A DNA stretch of 64,000 nt from an uncultured Clostridia bacterium. GTDB taxonomy: Bacteria > Bacillota > Clostridia > TANB77 > CAG-508. Within the stretch, counting starts at the first letter, position 1, and each line of letters starts with the position of its first letter. This document shows, one piece after another, positions 58,332-64,000 of the stretch. The position numbers were made by a program, and so were the translations under genes. Under the pieces are notes generated by a model. The model saw only the letters and a program-made list of their open reading frames with translations. It was not told the DNA's origin and did no database searches. The stretch spans positions 6,590-70,589 of the forward strand of contig CAQPBJ010000007.1 in NCBI GenBank assembly GCA_948852945.1, written 5' to 3'.

Positions 58332-59672
58332 ATGAAGAGATTTCTTTTAAAAGAAAAAGGTATTACGATGATGGCACTTGTTTTAACGATTATAGTTATG
58401 ATTGTTATAATGTCAGTATTATCGTTTTATGTGATGAACTCTATACAGACAGAAAATTTTCAATCAATGAAAGCTGATATAGTCGAGATTGAAGGAAAAG
58501 CATTATCGTATTATGCAGAAAAAGGAATTTTACCAGTATATTCTGAAGATACAGCACATCCAGAGAATAGAAAACATGCAAGGGATATGAAAGGTGATAG
58601 AGATTTTTTTAATCCTAATGATGGACTTATGTATGGTAAAGTAAATCTAGAGTTGTTAGGTGTTACACCTTCATATAAAACTACATATTATATGAATTTA
58701 GAAACACTTACTGTTTATGCTATTGATACTATAAAAATAGAAGGAAAAGATTATCCAAGACCATATGAAAAGTTTGCAAAATTAAATATTTCGAATAAGC
58801 ATAATGAATTTTTAGATGTACCACCTGAAATGTTTAATATAGATTCTGACGGAGAAATATTATCAATAAATCAAGATTGGTGTGTTCAAAATGCTAGCAG
58901 TTTATCTGAATATCTTACTGTTAGTGGTCAAAAAATTACGTTTCATAATTTAGTTTTTCCAATGTATGATAAAAATGGAAATGAGATTACACAAATTAGT
59001 GATAAAATTTTTAATGATTCAGGAACACATGGATTAAAAGTTGACGGAAGTATGAAGATACCTGCTACGATTGAATATATAGATGAACATGTATTTCCTA
59101 ATAATTGTAATATAGAATATTTATATATAAATTCTAAAACATTTAGTGAAAATATGTTTTCTGGAGGTAATAAAAAAATATATACGGTTCGTATAGGCCC
59201 AAATTGTGAATCAATAAAAGGAATAGCAGGAACTAACATTACTAAATTATGGGTAGATAATACAAATTTAAGCGAAGGATGTTTTGAAAGTTGTAATAGT
59301 TTAGAATTATTGGTTTTATCTAATTCTATAGAAAGAATACCAGATGGTTGTTTCACAAATACAAACATTAGAACAATACTTACAGATGATGTAGTAAATT
59401 TAAAAGATGGAGAAATTTGGCCAGCTTCTGGAACATATAAAGAAGGAAATATAATGATGCCATATAGATTAAAAGAAATAGGTTCGAGTGCTTTTAGTCC
59501 TTGCAATTTCTTAAAAGGTACGTTAGATTTAGAATATTATTCACCTAATCTAGAAGTAGTAGAAGGTGGAGCTTTTTCAAACACAGGCATAAACTTAGTA
59601 AAATTACCTAAAGATACTAAAATTCAAAGTAATGCATTTCCTGGTGGTGCTGCAATTGAGAGAGCAAAATAA
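58332..59672 (+). CDS. BspA-type leucine-rich-repeat protein with pilin-like N-terminal segment
   Basis: N-terminus KEKGITMMALVLTIIVMIVIM. The C-terminal half has repeats of the type IP..I..I...AF..C..L (TpLRR/BspA-like). Confidence 0.65.
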   Translation: MKRFLLKEKGITMMALVLTIIVMIVIMSVLSFYVMNSIQTENFQSMKADIVEIEGKALSYYAEKGILPVYSEDTAHPENRKHARDMKGDRDFFNPNDGLMYGKVNLELLGVTPSYKTTYYMNLETLTVYAIDTIKIEGKDYPRPYEKFAKLNISNKHNEFLDVPPEMFNIDSDGEILSINQDWCVQNASSLSEYLTVSGQKITFHNLVFPMYDKNGNEITQISDKIFNDSGTHGLKVDGSMKIPATIEYIDEHVFPNNCNIEYLYINSKTFSENMFSGGNKKIYTVRIGPNCESIKGIAGTNITKLWVDNTNLSEGCFESCNSLELLVLSNSIERIPDGCFTNTNIRTILTDDVVNLKDGEIWPASGTYKEGNIMMPYRLKEIGSSAFSPCNFLKGTLDLEYYSPNLEVVEGGAFSNTGINLVKLPKDTKIQSNAFPGGAAIERAK

Positions 59673-59680
59673 AATAAAAA

Positions 59681-59715
59681 AACGAGTTACAAATTTACTT
59701 TAACTCGTTTTTTTA
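59681..59715 (+). terminator. rho-independent terminator
   Basis: AACGAGTTA (59681-59689) pairs with TAACTCGTT (59701-59709), followed by T6. Confidence 0.7.
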
Positions 59716-59744
59716 TGTAATGTTACTATAATAAGATTTAAAAT

Positions 59745-59774
59745 TTGACAAGAAAAAGTTAAATATGGTATAAT
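59745..59774 (+). promoter_or_regulatory. consensus sigma-A promoter upstream of the high-GC ORF
   Basis: TTGACA (59745-59750), 18 bp ending in TGG, TATAAT (59769-59774). Confidence 0.6.
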
Positions 59775-59821
59775 ATGAGTGTAGCGTTATGCTCTATAAA
59801 AAACAATAGGAGGTGTACGAT

Positions 59822-60250
59822 ATGATCGTACGGGTAAACAAAGACAGGAGCTATCTTGTAAGAGAAACTACTGAAGAAAAGGCACTTGAAAAGGTGCAGC
59901 TGGGCCGGAGAATGGCTGATCAGTTTAATGGGCAGGTCCTGAAAGAGACCAAGTTGCGCGAGGGCGCGTATCTGATGGTCATGTACTTCATGGATCAGAC
60001 ACAGGTCAAAGACTGGGAAGCCCGGACTGGCATCAGCATCGTAGTACCCACGGCTGAGACCTTTATCGTCAGCGATGATAATGATACTTTGGCCATGATG
60101 CAGTGTGGCAGAGCAAAGGATTCGGCATCTAAGAACAGCGGAACGCTGCTGATGGAGAAGAGGTTGCAGGACGGCATTTATCTGTTGATTCTCCTTTTCC
60201 AGGAGTACTCCCTTAAGGAGTTCTGGGAATCCTCCCTGGGAGTGAGGTAA
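59822..60250 (+). CDS. hypothetical protein on a high-GC foreign fragment
   Basis: AGGAGG, 8 nt, then ATG 59822 (MIVRVNKDRSYLV..). G/C-ending codons (CTG, GGC, CGG, GCC) are unlike every other gene in the window. I recognise no family. Confidence 0.6.
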   Translation: MIVRVNKDRSYLVRETTEEKALEKVQLGRRMADQFNGQVLKETKLREGAYLMVMYFMDQTQVKDWEARTGISIVVPTAETFIVSDDNDTLAMMQCGRAKDSASKNSGTLLMEKRLQDGIYLLILLFQEYSLKEFWESSLGVR

Positions 60251-60264
60251 AACAAGCTCCCATA

Positions 60265-60293
60265 GGCAGGCGGACGAAATTTGTCCGCCTGCC
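60265..60293 (+). terminator. GC-rich hairpin after the foreign ORF
   Basis: GGCAGGCGGAC (60265-60275) pairs with GTCCGCCTGCC (60283-60293). Poor T tail. Confidence 0.5.
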
Positions 60294-60324
60294 TTGGCAT
60301 TATAATATTATTTATATCAAGTTA

Positions 60325-60351
60325 ACAGATTTTTGAAATCTGTTTTTTTTT
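60325..60351 (+). terminator. rho-independent terminator (+ strand only)
   Basis: ACAGATTT (60325-60332) pairs with AAATCTGT (60336-60343), followed by T8-9. Confidence 0.6.
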
Positions 60352-60814
60352 ATACTAAAATCATACTCAAAATAAGAATTCCTATATTTTTATCATATAT
60401 ATCTTGAAATTGTGAGATAGGAAGAGGGTTTTCTCCTATACCAGATTCAATTGTATATCCAGGAAGATTATAATTTTGAATAAACCAATCTTTATATCCA
60501 GCAAAACCAGAAGAATATGGTGTTGATTCTAAAAGATAACCACTTACATTGCTAAGCTGTCTTCCAATTTCATATGAGTTAGGTGGAAGGTAGTTTAAGA
60601 ACTTCCAATAAATTGTTTCACCTTGAGTGTGATAAGCGAGAATTAATGAGAAATTTTTTCCTAATGTAAAATTATATAAGGCCTTTGCTTCTGGTGCATA
60701 TAAAGGAGCTGGACCAACATAGTCACGTGGACCAGGCATTGTGTATCCTTGAGCAAATTTATTTTTTCTGGCTGTTTCCCATTCAGCAGGAAATTGTAAG
60801 TTTAAGTCAATCCC
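60350..60814 (-). pseudogene. M14-family peptidase (gamma-D-glutamyl-meso-diaminopimelate peptidase-like), N-terminally truncated
   Basis: The minus-strand frame reads ..GIDLNLQFPAEWETARKNKFAQGYTMPGPRDYVGPAPLYAPEAKAL.. to its stop at 60350. Similarity stops near 60812 and an in-frame TGA lies at 60824-60826. The HxxE zinc-binding N-terminal half is absent. Confidence 0.7.
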
Positions 60815-60940
60815 CCTCGAAGCTCAAACCGTCCACTTTTTTAAAAAAATCTATAAAATCTAGTAATCATCATACTTTGAAGAATTTGATTATTGATATT
60901 TAAAAGAGATTATTTTTATAAAAAGAAAGGTAAAAAAGAT

Positions 60941-61207
60941 ATGATAAAAAATATTGAAGAATTGTTTGACGCAATGCAAGAAAAAATAGTGCTTAAAATT
61001 GACGAGAATGGTGAAATAAGTAATTTGTGGAGTGAACTTAATAAATTAGATGAGCTATTAAAAAATTCGATAGAAAAGGAAAATTATGAGTTGTTTGATA
61101 AATATTTAAGCAAAGAGGCAGAATTGATTGATTTAGAAAGGAGACAAGCTTTTGCTTATGGGTTTAGGTTGGCTAATAAGTTGATGATGGAGAGTATGAA
61201 GGAATAA
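60941..61207 (+). CDS. hypothetical small helical protein
   Basis: The ORF track opens at 60893. ATG 60941 (MIKNIEELFD..) is more plausible. No family recognised. Confidence 0.45.
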   Translation: MIKNIEELFDAMQEKIVLKIDENGEISNLWSELNKLDELLKNSIEKENYELFDKYLSKEAELIDLERRQAFAYGFRLANKLMMESMKE

Positions 61208-61290
61208 AAATATCTTATATGTCAAAAAATGTAAAAATATGTAGCATTATAATTAATATAGTGTTATAATACAATTGAATACAAAAGATA

Positions 61291-61325
61291 AAACAATATG
61301 GAGCTTTATTCATATTGTTTTTTTA
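61291..61325 (+). terminator. rho-independent terminator
   Basis: AAACAATATG (61291-61300) pairs with CATATTGTTT (61311-61320), followed by T5. Confidence 0.65.
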
Positions 61326-61343
61326 TATATAGGGGAATTTTAG

Positions 61344-61565
61344 ATGAAGATGAGTTCTTTAAAAAAATGTATAGAAAATGGAGAATATCTATATATAAAT
61401 GAGAAAAAAATAAAAATTTTGGAAATATATGAAATATTTAATCTATGTGAGATTATTTATTTAGATGACTATGAAATAGAAATAATAGATGTAATGGCGA
61501 TATCGAATGAAAAGAAATACAATAAATTTATATCATTACATAGATTTAAAGAGGTGAATTATTAA
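61344..61565 (+). CDS. hypothetical 73-aa protein, first gene of the putative defence operon
   Basis: ORF with RBS GGGGA. Its stop abuts the next start (TAA-TTG). Confidence 0.45.
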   Translation: MKMSSLKKCIENGEYLYINEKKIKILEIYEIFNLCEIIYLDDYEIEIIDVMAISNEKKYNKFISLHRFKEVNY

Positions 61566-62495
61566 TTGAAAATATTATATGATGGAAAAGAATTAGATCC
61601 TAATAAATGGGAAGAACTAATAGATAAATTATATAGAATAAAATATAAAGATGAAGGTTATCAATATATACCAGCTAGAGGTGGAGGAGACTATGGAATT
61701 GAAGGATATACAGAAACAGGAAAAGTATATCAATGTTATTTTCCAGAGGGGGAATATTCACCTAAAGATTTGTATGAGAAATTAAGAGATAAAATGTCAA
61801 TAGACCTTGGAAAGATAGAAAAAAATCAACAAGAATTAATAAAATTAGGAATTACTAATATAAAAGAATGGAATTTTGTTGTTCCAAAATATGAAGACAA
61901 AAAGATATTAATACATGCTAATACAAAAGAAAAAGAAATATTGAAGTTAAAAGCTGATGGAAAACTTTCAATTATTGATGATGATTTTAAAATTTATGTT
62001 AGAGTATTAGATGATTTTAGTCAAGAAATGAATGTGTTAATAAATATTAAGAAAGAATATAAATATTTATTACCTAAAATTAAACAAATTGATTTTTCTT
62101 TATGTGATAGTGAAAAGAAAGCTAATATATCCAGAAAAATTATGAATTTGCGTAATAATGTAAATGATGATATTACTAAGAAAATGATTAATACTTTTAT
62201 AGAATTTTATATTAAGGGAATAGAAATGTTAAATGAAATTAGAAAGTATTCATCGGAGTTATATGAAGATATAATAGAAATTGAAAATACATATAGAATT
62301 AATATGGAATTAAAATGTAATAGTAACATGGATAGTAGTATTAATTTTAAATTATTTTCAGAAATATTAGATGATTTTGAAAAAAAATTGAAAGAAGAAT
62401 TAGGAGAGATATTAAGTTATAGTGATATAGGAGAATTAAAACAAGAGATGATAGGCAAATGGCTTGCAGAATGCCCATTAAATTTTGCTAACTAG
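61566..62495 (+). CDS. candidate effector component of a Lamassu/ABC-3C-like system
   Basis: 309 aa, TTG start behind AGAGGTG. Occupies the position of LmuA. N-terminal GGGDYGIEGYT..VYQCYF could be a degenerate nuclease-like motif. I have no firm family call. Confidence 0.4.
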   Translation: MKILYDGKELDPNKWEELIDKLYRIKYKDEGYQYIPARGGGDYGIEGYTETGKVYQCYFPEGEYSPKDLYEKLRDKMSIDLGKIEKNQQELIKLGITNIKEWNFVVPKYEDKKILIHANTKEKEILKLKADGKLSIIDDDFKIYVRVLDDFSQEMNVLINIKKEYKYLLPKIKQIDFSLCDSEKKANISRKIMNLRNNVNDDITKKMINTFIEFYIKGIEMLNEIRKYSSELYEDIIEIENTYRINMELKCNSNMDSSINFKLFSEILDDFEKKLKEELGEILSYSDIGELKQEMIGKWLAECPLNFAN

Positions 62496-62507
62496 TGGAG
62501 GAAATAT

Positions 62508-63002
62508 ATGTTAGAACAATTTTTTAATGATAAAATTAAAATAAAATTCCAAAATAGACCTATTGCAGTTCCATATGATTATAGAATCATTTATAAAGTA
62601 TCACAAATAGTATTAATAATAGGAACTGTTTGTAAAAGAGGTGGATGTTCAAGTATAAAATTACATATACTTTCTAACGCATTGACTTCTAGTTCTATGT
62701 TAGATGAGCTAGAAAAATTATTCGATAACAAAATAGAGATTATACCTATAGTAAGATTTGAGCAAGCAGTTACAAGAGCTGTTAATTTTGCAATAGCAGA
62801 TAAATTAATTGAAATTCAGAGTAGTAATTTAAAATTGAAATTGACAGCTAAAGGAAGACAATTATATGAAGAAATAATGAATGATGATAGTATAATGGTA
62901 TTAGAAAAAGAAGAATTAAACCGTGTAAAAGATAAAATAAAGGATGATGTAATAAATAGAATAGTTGAGAAATGGGGGCAAATAAAAGATGCTAGAGATT
63001 AA
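62508..63002 (+). CDS. candidate middle component (LmuC/MC-like) of a Lamassu/ABC-3C-like system
   Basis: 164 aa. Size and position lie between effector and ATPase. 14-nt overlap with the next ORF. Confidence 0.4.
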   Translation: MLEQFFNDKIKIKFQNRPIAVPYDYRIIYKVSQIVLIIGTVCKRGGCSSIKLHILSNALTSSSMLDELEKLFDNKIEIIPIVRFEQAVTRAVNFAIADKLIEIQSSNLKLKLTAKGRQLYEEIMNDDSIMVLEKEELNRVKDKIKDDVINRIVEKWGQIKDARD

Positions 63003-63615
63003 TGAAATAAAATGCATAATTATTACTGCAAATGATGGTAAATTTGGATTTAATCACAAATTTAATAAAGGTTTAAATCTTATTGCAAGTACTGAAAATA
63101 CAAAAGGAAAAAGTTCAATTCTTGAATCTATATATTATTGTCTTGGAGTTGAAGAATTGTTAGGTGCAATTAATGAGAAAGCACTAACACCAGTTTATAA
63201 AACAGCAATTGACTACGGTGAAAAAAAGAATATTGTACCAATTAAAACAAGTTTCTATTTGCAAGTTACTAATCATAGAAAAGATATTATTACTATTAAT
63301 AGAGATATAGAACATGGTACAGTCAGTAATAATTTAATAAAGGTTTTTTATGGTAACATTAATCAGGCACAAAATTCAGAATGCTATTTTCAAGAAATGT
63401 TTGTAAACACTCCTGGAGGAGCTACATCTAGTAAGGGATTTCATAAATTTTTAGAAGAATATATTGGATGGAAGCTTCCAAGTGTACCTACATTTGAAGA
63501 TAAAGATAGAAAATTATATTTACAAACGTTATTTTCAGCAATGTTTATTGAACAAAAAAAAGGTTGGTCTAATTTATTAGCTACACTTCCTAATTATCGG
63601 AATAAAAGATATTAA
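62989..63615 (+). CDS. ABC/SMC-like ATPase (LmuB/DUF3732-like), N-terminal part, frame interrupted
   Basis: P-loop-like NLIASTENTKGKSSILESIYYCLG. The reading frame ends at 63613-63615 but continues in the +1 frame. Confidence 0.5.
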   Translation: MLEINEIKCIIITANDGKFGFNHKFNKGLNLIASTENTKGKSSILESIYYCLGVEELLGAINEKALTPVYKTAIDYGEKKNIVPIKTSFYLQVTNHRKDIITINRDIEHGTVSNNLIKVFYGNINQAQNSECYFQEMFVNTPGGATSSKGFHKFLEEYIGWKLPSVPTFEDKDRKLYLQTLFSAMFIEQKKGWSNLLATLPNYRNKRY

Positions 63616-64000
63616 AACAAAAGTAATTGAATATCTTTTAAATTTAGATACTATTGAAAATGAAAAATTAAAAATGGAATGTAAAATAGAGGAAACAATC
63701 ATAAGAGAAAAATGGACAGAAATTGTACAAAATATAAATATATTATTAAATAATGAAATGTGTACAATACGTGCATTATATGATAAACCTAGAATAATTG
63801 ATGAAGAAAATATCAAACAAATGATAATTTTTAAAAAAAATGATGAAAAAGAGATAGAATTAGATAAATATATAGAAGAGAAAAAGATAAAGGCAGAAAA
63901 TTTGTCACAACAAAGTTTGAAGGTTGGAAATAACATCAATGAACTTGAAGCTAGATTGAAGAGTCTTCAAAATGAAGTTCAAATTCAAATGGAAAAACGA
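63581..64000 (+). CDS. continuation of the ATPase in the next frame (coiled-coil region), runs off the window
   Basis: Frame 2 is open from 63581 to the window end: ..GIKDIKTKVIEYLLNLDTIENEKLKMECKIEE..ELEARLKSLQNEVQIQMEKR, a heptad-like coiled coil as expected after an SMC/Rad50-type head. Confidence 0.5.

Noticed and set aside
60685-60903. A 72-aa + ORF across the peptidase breakpoint
   Set aside because: It is antisense to the truncated M14 frame for half its length, runs through the junction sequence, and has no RBS.

Overview
The window comes from a very AT-rich, endospore-forming Firmicute. The assignment is Clostridia-like because spoIIE, spoIIR, spmA/spmB, cwlD, a GerM-like gene and abrB are all present. 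It opens in the conserved origin-proximal cluster rnpA'-yidD-yidC-jag-mnmE-mnmG-rsmG-soj-spo0J-DUF4446, followed by two tRNA-Ser genes. Nearly all genes are on the + strand, so + is probably the leading strand running away from oriC.

The outstanding feature is an ~11.1 kb block (8991-20078) with no credible ORF in any frame, extremely AT-rich even for this genome. It contains no rRNA, tRNA or CRISPR. It is built from at least 12 diverged copies of one three-box module: T(T/C)GATA..GGAWWTA, then TTGNCAAAAAAGWAG, then AGACAAAAAA, with fixed box spacings. Four copies lie on the + strand (9.9-13.0 kb) and share an exact 15-mer with sigma-A-like -35/17 bp/-10 geometry. Eight copies lie on the - strand (13.9-19.7 kb) at roughly 700-bp period. 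The two blocks converge on a 51-bp tandem dyad repeat. I cannot place this array in any described element class, and it is my main candidate for something new.

Other notable items:
- A ~160-nt intergenic element occurs in three copies (37.8, 42.3, 48.0 kb). A conserved GC-richer core is enclosed by ~30-bp arms that co-vary between copies, and every non-Watson-Crick pair is G-U on one strand.
- A ~0.5 kb high-GC foreign insert (59.78-60.30 kb) sits behind a consensus promoter.
- An N-terminally truncated M14 peptidase gene marks an island junction.
- A Lamassu/ABC-3C-like three-gene defence module has a frameshifted ATPase running off the window end.
- One ORF fuses a UDP-sugar pyrophosphorylase to a phosphoglucomutase.

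The rest is ordinary housekeeping and sporulation content: a giant CoA-activase fusion, rsmI, murA, acpS, smc, tatD, prfA, pcrA, rpiB, a TagO-like GT4, an M23 peptidase and a response regulator with a GGDEF-like domain.
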